Shown here: positions 17,346-25,563 of the stretch, one piece after another
How the letters are laid out: every line of letters starts with the position of its first letter
Position numbering within the stretch: position 1 is the stretch's first letter
DNA from: a virus
Taxonomy: Duplodnaviria; Caudoviricetes
DNA: 64,000 nt
Virus record (IMG/VR): IMGVR_UViG_2840949845_000002
Span: 22,434 to 86,433 of that record
Direction: 5' to 3' (one strand)
The notes under the pieces: generated by a model
What the model was told of the DNA's origin: nothing
Database searches by the model: none
Seen by the model: only the letters and a program-made list of their open reading frames with translations
Made by a program: the position numbers and the translations under genes

Positions 17346-17499
17346 TTCACACCGGCATATGAGGAAAACAGGAACGAAATGAGTATGGCGGGATGGACTA
17401 AAATTCGCAACATGTTTTGGTATGTCGTCCATTTCACCGGGCGATGCCGCGCGGTGCGCGGCGGCACGTCCAGATCCAGCCCAAGCTGCGCCGCGCCCC

Positions 17500-17751
17500 T
17501 CACGGCCCGCCCTCATCGCGCCGGTCCACCGGCGTCGTCAACCGCATCTCGCCCAGCGCCTGGGCCGCGAATCGCTTCACCTCGCTGCTGAAGGTGTAGC
17601 CGGGGGTCTGGCCGACATGGCCCGGCGGCGCGCAGGACGGGCGCAGGAAATCCCACAGCACGAACACCCGGTCGCATCGCAAAACCCGGCGGATGCTGTC
17701 GGGGAAGCGATAGACGCCGTTTTCCCAAATATCATCAGGGCTTAGGGGCAT
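17500..17751 (-). CDS. Small phage hypothetical protein
   Basis: 83 aa ORF coupled to the replication initiator. Confidence 0.5.
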   Translation of the reverse strand: MPLSPDDIWENGVYRFPDSIRRVLRCDRVFVLWDFLRPSCAPPGHVGQTPGYTFSSEVKRFAAQALGEMRLTTPVDRRDEGGP

Positions 17752-17754
17752 CGG

Positions 17755-18561
17755 TCAGGCCCTCGTTTCGGGGTGGGACCACAGGGAGGCTTGGCCGGAC
17801 AACCGGGTTTCGACTCGAACCTCGACGTTGCGGATCCGTGGCAGCTTGGCCAAATCGTCGGAAAACCGCTGGCGAATCTGATCGGCGACGAAGCGGCTGG
17901 GGGCGGCGATGAGCAGAAGCTGGTTGCCTGTGACCGACACCCGGCAATCACGGAACCACTGGCCGTGTCGGTGGCCGCCGATCCGCTGCGCGATCAGGCC
18001 GTGCAGATCGCGCTCGGTCTCGTCGGGCTGTCCGGCGCTCACGCGCTCACGCGCAAGGGCGCGCGTGGGTTCACGGGTTATATCACAGGGTTTGGGCGAC
18101 TCCGGCGTCGGGCAAAAATCCCGCGTTTTGTCGCCCAAAGCCGAAGGGTCTGTCGCCAAATCCGGGCTTTCCCCGACTCCCCGGTCGGCGACGCCGGTGT
18201 CGGCGAAAGCATCGCCCGGACCAGCGTCCAGCGCCTCCTCCCGCTCCAGCCAATCCAGGCGAAAGCGCATCCGCGTCGCCTGCCCTCGTCCGCCCGGACG
18301 ATCCCGCTCGATCACGCCGCTGGCCAGCAGGGCGGCGCGCGCCCGCTCCACGTCGCGGGTGGACAAGGCCGAGTCCTGAGCCACGGTTTCGACGCTGGCC
18401 CAGGTCAGCAGATCGCCCAGGCCGCGCCACATCTCGCGGTTCACACGGCCCAGCATGACCAGGGCGACCACCTTGTCGCGTGGCTTCAGCGCGGAACTGG
18501 AAAGCACGGCGTCACGGAAGCGGCCCACGATTTCCCGAAAGTCACAGAGTTTTGCGGTCAT
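17755..18561 (-). CDS. Replication initiator: N-terminal HTH plus C-terminal DnaA_N-like domain
   Basis: TWASVETVAQDSALSTRDVERARAALLASGVI (wHTH); QWFRDC...IAAPSRFVADQIRQRF resembles DnaA domain I. Confidence 0.7.
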   Translation of the reverse strand: MTAKLCDFREIVGRFRDAVLSSSALKPRDKVVALVMLGRVNREMWRGLGDLLTWASVETVAQDSALSTRDVERARAALLASGVIERDRPGGRGQATRMRFRLDWLEREEALDAGPGDAFADTGVADRGVGESPDLATDPSALGDKTRDFCPTPESPKPCDITREPTRALARERVSAGQPDETERDLHGLIAQRIGGHRHGQWFRDCRVSVTGNQLLLIAAPSRFVADQIRQRFSDDLAKLPRIRNVEVRVETRLSGQASLWSHPETRA

Positions 18562-19036
18562 GGCGCACCTGTCCTGTCCCCGGCAGCCTTTGGCCAGCCG
18601 GTGGCAAGGCCGTTTCCTGCGGGCGCACGATTCCGTGGCTGCAAGAAAACAGCGGAATTAATTCCTTTTTGCGGTATCCTTCAGAGCGCGCGCAGGGCTG
18701 TCCCGTTGTCGATCAACGGGTCATGGACATCCTGGGGGCGTCTGGAAGGGGGGCGGCCTGTGCAGGGCCGTCCCAATCAGGGTGGGGCGCGCGGCATCAC
18801 GGCAAAGCTCCAGGGTTCACCGCCGCGACGGGCGGCGTTGTTTCACAGACGCGCATCGCTCCCGACCGCTGTGGCGGTCGAAAGCGGCGTGGGCCTCGAT
18901 GTCGATTGGGGCGGCTGAAGGCCCGGAAATAGGCGCGACGGCGGGCCGCGCGCCCACGGCGTTTGAAAATGTCGCGGCATCAGCAAGATAGATCTGGGAT
19001 CTGGTTGGAAATGGTGGGGGATGGGGCGACGCCCCG

Positions 19037-19270
19037 TCATGCCCGGCCCTGGGTTGGCGTCGGCACAGCCCGCGCGATCACGCGCTGGTAGCCCGCCGCG
19101 CGCCGCAGGAACGCGGCGAACGCGTCCGCCTCATCGTCGGCCAACTCGGCCAGATCGGCGACGCCATAGAGCGTCTGGGTCAGCCGCTCGACCTTCGGAA
19201 CGGTGGATGGCGCGGACGCGGCAAAGGTTTCCCAGGCGGCGAGCGCGGCCTGTTGCGCGCGGGTCAGCAT
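19037..19270 (-). CDS. Hypothetical protein
   Basis: 77 aa ORF with GGAAGG RBS in the early operon. Confidence 0.5.
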   Translation of the reverse strand: MLTRAQQAALAAWETFAASAPSTVPKVERLTQTLYGVADLAELADDEADAFAAFLRRAAGYQRVIARAVPTPTQGRA

Positions 19271-19516
19271 CGCGTTGCCTTCCTTCGCGGAAACGTGAAC
19301 AGGGGGGCCGTTTGTGCATGAGAAATCGGATGGTAAGACCACCACACCCGGATGCCGCAGCCTTCCGATGAATAACCTCTGGCATGCTTGACCAGATTGC
19401 GCCGAATCAGTTCAGCGGCGCCGCTCTTGACTGCCGGGGAACGCTCCTGATGGCGTCGGTCAGACATGAGGCCATCCCCAATTGACCGGCGAGCGGCGGT
19501 CATCTCTGATTCGCCG

Positions 19517-19804
19517 TCAGCAATCACCAGCTTTCTCCCTTTGCTTGGCTGTTGCTGCGTCACGCAAAGCGAGCGATTGTTCCCCGGTCAACAACCCTGG
19601 ATGAGGGGCTGGCGTTGGAGCCACAAAATCATTTGGGACCAGGCGATCCATGGCCTCCAGCGTCTGGAGCTTTGGATTTCCAGACGGCGATAGGACTTCG
19701 TTGACGGCGTACCAGCTGATCCCAGCCGCCTTCGCTGCCTGATGGCGGTTTAGGCCAGAAGACAGGAAATAGGAGCGAATGCGGTGAACGGCTTGGTCGA
19801 TCAT
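19517..19804 (-). CDS. Cro-like HTH regulator
   Basis: LNRHQAAKAAGISWYAVNEVLS..GNPKLQTLEAM; divergent from the repressor across the operator cluster. Confidence 0.7.
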   Translation of the reverse strand: MIDQAVHRIRSYFLSSGLNRHQAAKAAGISWYAVNEVLSPSGNPKLQTLEAMDRLVPNDFVAPTPAPHPGLLTGEQSLALRDAATAKQREKAGDC

Positions 19805-19812
19805 GGTTCTAA

Positions 19813-19880
19813 TTTGCGCTATAGCGCAAACTTGTCAAGCGCCATAATCACGCTACAGCGCAATCGCGTTCTAGCGCAAA
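19813..19880. promoter_or_regulatory. OR-like triple operator
   Basis: Perfect 18-bp palindrome tttgcgctatagcgcaaa 19813-19830; variants cgctacagcgcaa 19851-19863 and tcgcgttctagcgcaaa 19864-19880. Confidence 0.8.
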
Positions 19881-19897
19881 ATCCGCACAATGGAGAT

Positions 19898-20284
19898 ATG
19901 GCTACAATAGATGTCGAAAGAGAGCGTCGCCGTTCAGCCCTGATCCAATTTTGGGAAACGAACCGGCACGCCTTGAAGAGTATCCGCCAATGGGCTGAAG
20001 CCTCGAAGGTGGGATACAATACTCTCAATGAATTTATCCGACGCAAGAAGGATAAAAACATGCTTGCTGACACCTACGAGAAACTTGCTCGTGGGGCCAG
20101 CATTCTTTTAAGCCGCGATGTAACAATTCATGAGTTGTTGAATGAGGAAGCTTTTGACGAAAAAAGCGAGGCAACTCAACGCATAGAGCGTATCGCGCTC
20201 CTTATTTCTCATCTTCCCGATCATGAGCAAGAAGCTTTCGAGGTTGTCCTCCAGGGGCGAGTTCAAGCCCTCGGGAAGTCTTAG
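19898..20284 (+). CDS. CI-like HTH repressor without an S24 peptidase domain
   Basis: SIRQWAEASKVGYNTLNEFIR HTH, 128 aa, GGAG RBS. Confidence 0.75.
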   Translation: MATIDVERERRRSALIQFWETNRHALKSIRQWAEASKVGYNTLNEFIRRKKDKNMLADTYEKLARGASILLSRDVTIHELLNEEAFDEKSEATQRIERIALLISHLPDHEQEAFEVVLQGRVQALGKS

Positions 20285-20399
20285 AAAAACGCCAAAAAGC
20301 AATTCTTTCAACTTTTTCAAGATCGGCATCAGTGAGACGTGACAGCAGCTCAATAATTTTCTTTCTTCGATTGGCCGCCCGGCTGGTCCCAGATGTCAC
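20202..20399 (-). CDS. Putative small protein resembling the repressor C-terminal helix pair
   Basis: GAGGT RBS 7 nt before GTG 20399; RRKKIIELLSRLTDADLEKVERIAFWR aligns with the CI C-terminus. Confidence 0.45.
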   Translation of the reverse strand: MTSGTSRAANRRKKIIELLSRLTDADLEKVERIAFWRFSKTSRGLELAPGGQPRKLLAHDREDEK

Positions 20400-20427
20400 T
20401 GCACTTACCTCTGCTTGCGAAATCAAA

Positions 20428-20459
20428 TTCACCCGACCGATACGCGTCGGTCGGGTGAA
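20428..20459. terminator. Perfect 13-bp hairpin (terminator/attenuator candidate)
   Basis: ttcacccgaccga-tacgcg-tcggtcgggtgaa. Confidence 0.55.
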
Positions 20460-20463
20460 CAGC

Positions 20464-20904
20464 TTATGCGGCCAATGGCTCAACCCAGAGCCAGCAGCCT
20501 TCGGGCGTAAACGGCCCTGCGTCCTTGGCGCTCACAGCCTCATCATAGGTTGGCATCTCGATTCCAGCCGCAGCAAGCGCGGCCCGCGTGTTGTCCCAGG
20601 CCGTCACGCGCTGAGGCCCTTCCGGCGGAAAGGGGTCGTGCGCAATCAAATGATCGTCACCAAAAAGCTGCTCGCTGATGCGATGCACGAAAAGATTGTC
20701 GAGAAGAAGGACATGCATGGCCTGATCCGCCGCATAGGGCAGAGCATAATAGCGGCAAGGCTGGTGCTTCTGCGCATCGCTCAAGATTGCTTTAAGGTGA
20801 CGGAAGCCGGTATCCCGTAATTCCTCTGGATGATTGAAGCGCTTCACCATGGCATTTTCATGCTTTGTGAAGTCAACATCGATGACATTCTTAGCCTTTT
20901 CCAA
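20464..20904 (-). CDS. Hypothetical protein with a DUF1399/GRDP-like motif
   Basis: LPYAADQAMHVLLLD...LFG...IAHDP resembles P..VD..WH..ILDT...FG..IHHDP; AGGAG RBS. Confidence 0.6.
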   Translation of the reverse strand: MEKAKNVIDVDFTKHENAMVKRFNHPEELRDTGFRHLKAILSDAQKHQPCRYYALPYAADQAMHVLLLDNLFVHRISEQLFGDDHLIAHDPFPPEGPQRVTAWDNTRAALAAAGIEMPTYDEAVSAKDAGPFTPEGCWLWVEPLAA

Positions 20905-20913
20905 TATGCTCTC

Positions 20914-21966
20914 CTATGATTTGCGCATCTTCGCGCGTGTTATCGCCGAAATTTTGAAGACCAACGCAGCCAAGCTGGTTAAATCTCCGGCAGCAAACTT
21001 GGTTCCTCGCAGCTTGTCTTTGATGTTCCTGATCTGCGTATAGACCGTCGCCTCGCTGGTTGACCGACGCCGGGCGATCTCACCTGGCCCAAGCCCGGAG
21101 CCAATGAGAGCTGCGACGCGGGCTTCAGCCGGGTGCAAGCCGAGCGCTCGCTCCAGCGCAGACGCGATCGCAGCATCGTCTTCTCCAAATCGAGAGATCA
21201 CAATAATTGCTGTTCCAAGTGATTGTCCGCTGGAGATTGAAGCAAAATGAACGCCACCACTGTATGACAGTGGCAATACTTTATAGAAGTCCTGGAGAGT
21301 GGCTGCGCTCGATACGGCGCAGTCCAATTTGGCGCAGTCATCCGGGTCTGTGGCTCTAATTCTTCCAAAATCATCGAACATCATGGATGTTTCAGATGAT
21401 ATCAAATCGATGAAGCTATCATTTAAATGAAATCTATTCATATTGACATCAAAAATGCCCACAGCTAAATCCAATAAATTTAATGAACAATGCATATTAT
21501 TCAAAAAATCATTGACGGTTAACATTTCCTCAAAAGAATTTCCACGAATCTTTGTATTGATGTAATTCTCAACACCAGATGTCTGAATACAGACTCGCGA
21601 TTGGACGCACGTCCCATCTCCGTATAGACGATGAGAAACAGACATCCTTCCAGATGGATATTCACTGATCCAATCCAGTCCTGTGTTAAGTCTTCGCGCA
21701 ATTCGGACGTTGGATATCCAATCGGCGGGATTGGCGACGGCAACCCTGTTTCCAATCAGGCCAGCTTCAAGGAGCTTCCAGAACAGCGATTCATGTGTCT
21801 CTGAGGTGTAGTCAGAGACAGGGGCAATTCGTCTTTGAGAACCGTTTGCCCAGATAATTTGGTCTGTCGGGCTATACACCAAAACCGCTCCTCCCAACGG
21901 CTGTGAGGCGCGGATAAAGAGAATTGCATCCAAATTCAAATCAGAAGGTAAGGGCAGATTGTCCAT
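20914..21966 (-). CDS. PAS-domain(s) plus LuxR-type HTH transcriptional regulator
   Basis: VLVYSPTDQIIWAN and AVGIFDVNMNRFHLNDSF PAS-like starts; C-terminal LHPAEARVAALIGSGLGPGEIARRRSTSEATVYTQIRNIKDKL. Confidence 0.8.
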   Translation of the reverse strand: MDNLPLPSDLNLDAILFIRASQPLGGAVLVYSPTDQIIWANGSQRRIAPVSDYTSETHESLFWKLLEAGLIGNRVAVANPADWISNVRIARRLNTGLDWISEYPSGRMSVSHRLYGDGTCVQSRVCIQTSGVENYINTKIRGNSFEEMLTVNDFLNNMHCSLNLLDLAVGIFDVNMNRFHLNDSFIDLISSETSMMFDDFGRIRATDPDDCAKLDCAVSSAATLQDFYKVLPLSYSGGVHFASISSGQSLGTAIIVISRFGEDDAAIASALERALGLHPAEARVAALIGSGLGPGEIARRRSTSEATVYTQIRNIKDKLRGTKFAAGDLTSLAALVFKISAITRAKMRKS

Positions 21967-22108
21967 TTATCACAACCGGAACTAAGACAAATTTAATGTT
22001 ACGCTACCACGTATGGAATGTGACCAGTACCAAAATTTTGGTATACGGTGTGAGAATGTCGTTTTCTGGGGCCTGGCTTTGGTTTTCCAGGCGTTATCAG
22101 GATAAAAA

Positions 22109-22158
22109 TTGCGCTATAGCGCAAACATGAGCCTTGATAAATTTGCGCTGTAGCGCGA
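22109..22158. promoter_or_regulatory. OL-like double operator
   Basis: ttgcgctatagcgcaa 22109-22124 (same core as OR) and tttgcgctgtagcgcga 22142-22158. Confidence 0.8.
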
Positions 22159-22191
22159 GCATGCCTCTTCTCCTGATGAAGGGCGAGCAAA

Positions 22192-22527
22192 ATGGATAGG
22201 CGCGACGAGACGGATTGGCATCATTCCCCCAACGGCAGCACGCCGTCCCACCGACTCAGCCTCTTCAACCAGCGGCGTGCGTCCATTGAGGCGCAATTCG
22301 CCATGGGCGCGATCGGCATCGCCAAGCGGCGCGATCTTCTGATCGCCGCGCGCGACGACGCTGGGATCACGGGCATGCGGACCAACGCCAAACCGACGGT
22401 TCCGCTGGGGTTGGGAGCGAGCGAGGAGAGTGAGCGGCGGCGGCGGCGGCGGGCGGACCAACGTCGGTACGCCCGCAAGCAGGCCAGTGATGCCGTTGCG
22501 CCGATGGAGGTGGGCAACCATGGCTGA
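22192..22527 (+). CDS. Arg-rich early hypothetical protein (N-like position)
   Basis: First ORF after OL; contains ERRRRRRADQRR. Confidence 0.45.
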   Translation: MDRRDETDWHHSPNGSTPSHRLSLFNQRRASIEAQFAMGAIGIAKRRDLLIAARDDAGITGMRTNAKPTVPLGLGASEESERRRRRRADQRRYARKQASDAVAPMEVGNHG

Positions 22528-23224
22528 GACCGCTTCCGACCGTCAGCGCGCCGCAGCGCTGCTGCGCAAGCTGCGCGCCATCACCATAGAGGCCGGCGCC
22601 AGCGAGGCCGAGGCGATGACCGCCGCCGCCATGGCCCGTCGGCTGGTTGACCAGCATGGTCTGCCCGAGAGTGGCGAGCCAGTCATTGAGGCGCGGGTCT
22701 TCGTCGGTCGGGTGCGCACCCGTCCAATCGACAAGCTGTGGTCGGCGATTGGCCGCTTCTGTCATGTGTCGGCCATTTTTTGCCCTGAGGCGCGCGGCAT
22801 AGAAATCGCCTACATCGGTCGCGCCGCCGATGTGATGCTGGCCGAGTGGCTGCACGCGGTCCTGAAGCGGCACATCGACAAAGCTCTGGCAGAATTCAAG
22901 ACGCTGGCGGAATACCGCCGTCGGAAGCCAGCCCGCCGACGCGTCGCCGCGTCGGCCTTTGTCGAGGCCATGGCCCAATCCCTGCGCACCCGGCTCGACG
23001 CCATGGCCGATCAACGGATCGCCGAGCCGAAATTGGCGGAAGCCCGTCGGTGGATCGCCAACCGTTATGGCCAGTTGGCCGACATCAAGATCGCCTCGAT
23101 CTCCGACGCGCAGGTTGACGGCGCCCGGCGTCGAGGGCGGCAGGCGGCTGCCGACGTGGCGATCAGCACGCCGGTCGCGGCACAGCCGGCGATTGCCGGC
23201 TTGATTGGAGGATCCAGAGGATGA
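22520..23224 (+). CDS. DUF2786-like phage protein
   Basis: LLRKLRAIT...EAEAMTAAAMARRLVDQHGL N-terminal motif; GGAGG RBS. Confidence 0.65.
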   Translation: MAETASDRQRAAALLRKLRAITIEAGASEAEAMTAAAMARRLVDQHGLPESGEPVIEARVFVGRVRTRPIDKLWSAIGRFCHVSAIFCPEARGIEIAYIGRAADVMLAEWLHAVLKRHIDKALAEFKTLAEYRRRKPARRRVAASAFVEAMAQSLRTRLDAMADQRIAEPKLAEARRWIANRYGQLADIKIASISDAQVDGARRRGRQAAADVAISTPVAAQPAIAGLIGGSRG

Positions 23225-23466
23225 TCGCGATCAAATCCACACCTGCGACCGATTCGACGGCCATCTTCCTGGACCGGCCCCCAGAGCCTCCGGCGACGGC
23301 CTCGCCAGCGGGCGAGGAGTCCGGCCTCGCGCAATGGCACAAAGAGGACGCCGAGAAGGCCGAGCGCGCGGCCGCACAGACTCTGTTGCCCATGCTGCGT
23401 GTCCGTTTGCTCGAAACAGCCCGCATGCATCGCGACTGCGCCGAGCTGGCGCGCGAGGGGGCCTGA
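23221..23466 (+). CDS. Hypothetical protein
   Basis: 81 aa ORF overlapping the upstream stop (ATGA). Confidence 0.5.
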   Translation: MIAIKSTPATDSTAIFLDRPPEPPATASPAGEESGLAQWHKEDAEKAERAAAQTLLPMLRVRLLETARMHRDCAELAREGA

Positions 23467-23468
23467 CT

Positions 23469-23732
23469 GTGGCAGCTAAGGTTTCGGATCTCGTTGGGCT
23501 TCCAAACTGGCCACGCATGCTCAGCCGCGATCAGGCCGCACGCTATGTCGGCGTCTCGCCAGTGCAGTTCGACCGCGAGGTTTCGACGGGCCGCTGGCCA
23601 ACGCCAGAGCGGCGCGGCAGCCGAGTCACATGGGATCGCCGACTGATCGACAGGGCGCAAGACAAGAACAGCGGCATCGTGGCAAGCTCGGAGTCGTCGG
23701 CGCACGAGCCGACGGTTGATCCGTGGGCGTGA
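23469..23732 (+). CDS. Excisionase / AlpA-like HTH
   Basis: WPRMLSRDQAARYVGVS..FDREV..GRWPTP...VTWDRRLID; directly upstream of int. Confidence 0.7.
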   Translation: MAAKVSDLVGLPNWPRMLSRDQAARYVGVSPVQFDREVSTGRWPTPERRGSRVTWDRRLIDRAQDKNSGIVASSESSAHEPTVDPWA

Positions 23733-24919
23733 CCGTGGGCAAGATTGAGGTTGATCTACCGCGCTACGTCATAGCCAAGCGTCGCGGCGACCGCTTGGCC
23801 TTCTATTTCCAGGTCCCGAAGCGCCTTCAGCCCGAGGGCTGGCCATCGGGCGCCATGCGGCTGAAGGACAGCCAAGGCGTCGCCATCGAGGAGCCAGCCG
23901 AGGCCATCAGACGTGGACGCGAGCTGAACGAGATGCTGAACCGGGCGCGCGCGCAGGTGGCCGCAGGCCCGATCCAGGGCACTTTGCCGTGGCTGATTTC
24001 CGAATACCAGCACTCGGACAAGTACCGGAACCGCGCCGAACAGACGCGCTACCAGTACGACCTGATCGCGCGGATGATGATTGCGTGGTCAAAGGAGAAG
24101 AACCACCCGCAAGTCGGGCAGATGACGGTCCCGTCGGCTTTGAAGTTCCTCGACCAGTTCGAGGACCGACCGACCTACCGGATTCGTGCCGCCGCCTTCG
24201 GATCGGTCCTCTGGAATTTCGGTCGCCGACTGGGTGTGGTGTCCGTCAACGTGTGGAAGGACCTCGACCTGGAGGCGCCGGATCCGGATGTCCATATCTG
24301 GTCCGACGAGGAGATCGCCGCCGTCGTCGCCAAGGCCGACGAGATGGCCCGCGCCAGCGTCGGCACCGCCGTGATGCTGGCCTCCGAATCCGGCCAACGG
24401 CAAGCCGACGTCCTCGACATGCGCCGTGGCCGGGAATGGGACGGCGTCACCCTCCGCCGCGTCCAGAACAAGACCAAGGCGTATGTGACGGTGCCGGCAA
24501 CCAAGCTCCTCCTTGATCGGCTCGCCAGCCTCTCGAAGGACAACCTCCTCCTCGTGGCCTCCGAAACGACCCGGCGGCAGTGGCGCCAGCAGACATTCAG
24601 CCGGACCTTCCGCGAGATCGCTGACGCCGCTGGCTTCCCCCAGATCGAATTCCGGTCCCTGCGGGCCACCTGCGTGTGCCGCCTCGCGTCGGCCGGGTGC
24701 TCGATTCCGGAAATAGCCAGCATCACCGGCCACACGCTGGTGTCCGTGCATCACATCCTGAAGCACTATTGGCGACCCGACAGCGACCAAGCCAGGAATG
24801 CGATTTCCAAGGTCGAAGCGTTCCGGCTGTACCCAGTCACTTGGACTTGGAGAGAGGTGGGATTGGGTGGGATCTGCGGGGATGTCGTGGGACGCGTTGA
24901 AAATCGGGCGTTTTCCTGA
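23723..24919 (+). CDS. int: Phage integrase (tyrosine recombinase); last ~30 codons come from the inserted Mu-like end
   Basis: SGQRQAD, QNKT, RSLRAT, ITGH, KHY catalytic motifs; the sequence after ...ISKVEAFR (24827) does not look like integrase. Confidence 0.85.
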   Translation: MGVTVGKIEVDLPRYVIAKRRGDRLAFYFQVPKRLQPEGWPSGAMRLKDSQGVAIEEPAEAIRRGRELNEMLNRARAQVAAGPIQGTLPWLISEYQHSDKYRNRAEQTRYQYDLIARMMIAWSKEKNHPQVGQMTVPSALKFLDQFEDRPTYRIRAAAFGSVLWNFGRRLGVVSVNVWKDLDLEAPDPDVHIWSDEEIAAVVAKADEMARASVGTAVMLASESGQRQADVLDMRRGREWDGVTLRRVQNKTKAYVTVPATKLLLDRLASLSKDNLLLVASETTRRQWRQQTFSRTFREIADAAGFPQIEFRSLRATCVCRLASAGCSIPEIASITGHTLVSVHHILKHYWRPDSDQARNAISKVEAFRLYPVTWTWREVGLGGICGDVVGRVENRAFS

Positions 24920-24998
24920 GGGGTGCCCACGAAGCGGCTGGAAATTTTGATTTTGGAGTAGGGCGCGAAATCGGGAGGGCGGACAGTTGAAATTGGAG
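24828..24998 (+). repeat. Mu-type left end: TGT terminus and three TTGnnnTTGGAG transposase-binding candidates
   Basis: ttggacttggag 24841-24852, ttgattttggag 24947-24958, ttgaaattggag 24987-24998; preceded by CCGGC 24823-24827. Confidence 0.7.
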
Positions 24999-25004
24999 CA
25001 TGCG

Positions 25005-25040
25005 AAGGTGGCGGGCCGGGAGAGGCGCCGCCTTTTTTGT
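25005..25040 (+). terminator. Rho-independent terminator insulating the left end
   Basis: aaggtggcg...cgccgcctt stem followed by a T-run. Confidence 0.5.
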
Positions 25041-25098
25041 TGGGTCGAGACTGCGGCCTAGGGGGCGAGTTATGATGCGGTCGTTCAACCCATGAAAG

Positions 25099-25398
25099 GT
25101 GAGTGCGATGCGACCGTGGATGCTGATCCTTCCGTTGCTTCTGGCGGTTTCCGCCGAAGCCTCCGCAGAGCTGACCAAAATGCGCCAGTACCAGCACCAA
25201 GAGGGCCGATCCCTGAAGGACTACATCAACGATGGGTATGAGATAAAAGCCATCACAAACAGGGATAACGTATCAGATTTCAACTACTTCCTGCAAAAAG
25301 GGACAGATTTTGTTCGATGCAGTGAGATGACAACAGGTCTGGCCGTGTTCAGAGAGGTTTCTTGCGCGGTTCTCATCCAGCCATTGCCATATCAATAG
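25099..25398 (+). CDS. Small secreted hypothetical protein (left-end moron)
   Basis: Signal peptide MRPWMLILPLLLAVSAEASA; two Cys; AT-richer. Confidence 0.6.
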   Translation: MSAMRPWMLILPLLLAVSAEASAELTKMRQYQHQEGRSLKDYINDGYEIKAITNRDNVSDFNYFLQKGTDFVRCSEMTTGLAVFREVSCAVLIQPLPYQ

Positions 25399-25563
25399 AT
25401 TTTCAAGCAAGACGGCAGCGACAACGGCTGTCATTCGGCTCGTTGTCGTTGTCAGGCTGCGGACTGCATACCCGATTATGCATCCAAAACGCGTATAGGG
25501 CTGATTCATTTCTCGTAAATACATTTGTACGATCATTGCGTAGGCTGGGGTTGTTTATGAGCC

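Larger units (their letters stand above)
1..24827. mobile_element. Lambdoid (cos/GpA-terminase) prophage A, partial; continues left of the window, int end interrupted by prophage B
   Basis: Terminase, late, replication and cro genes on the - strand; cI, early genes, xis and int on the + strand; OR/OL palindromic operators. Confidence 0.9.
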
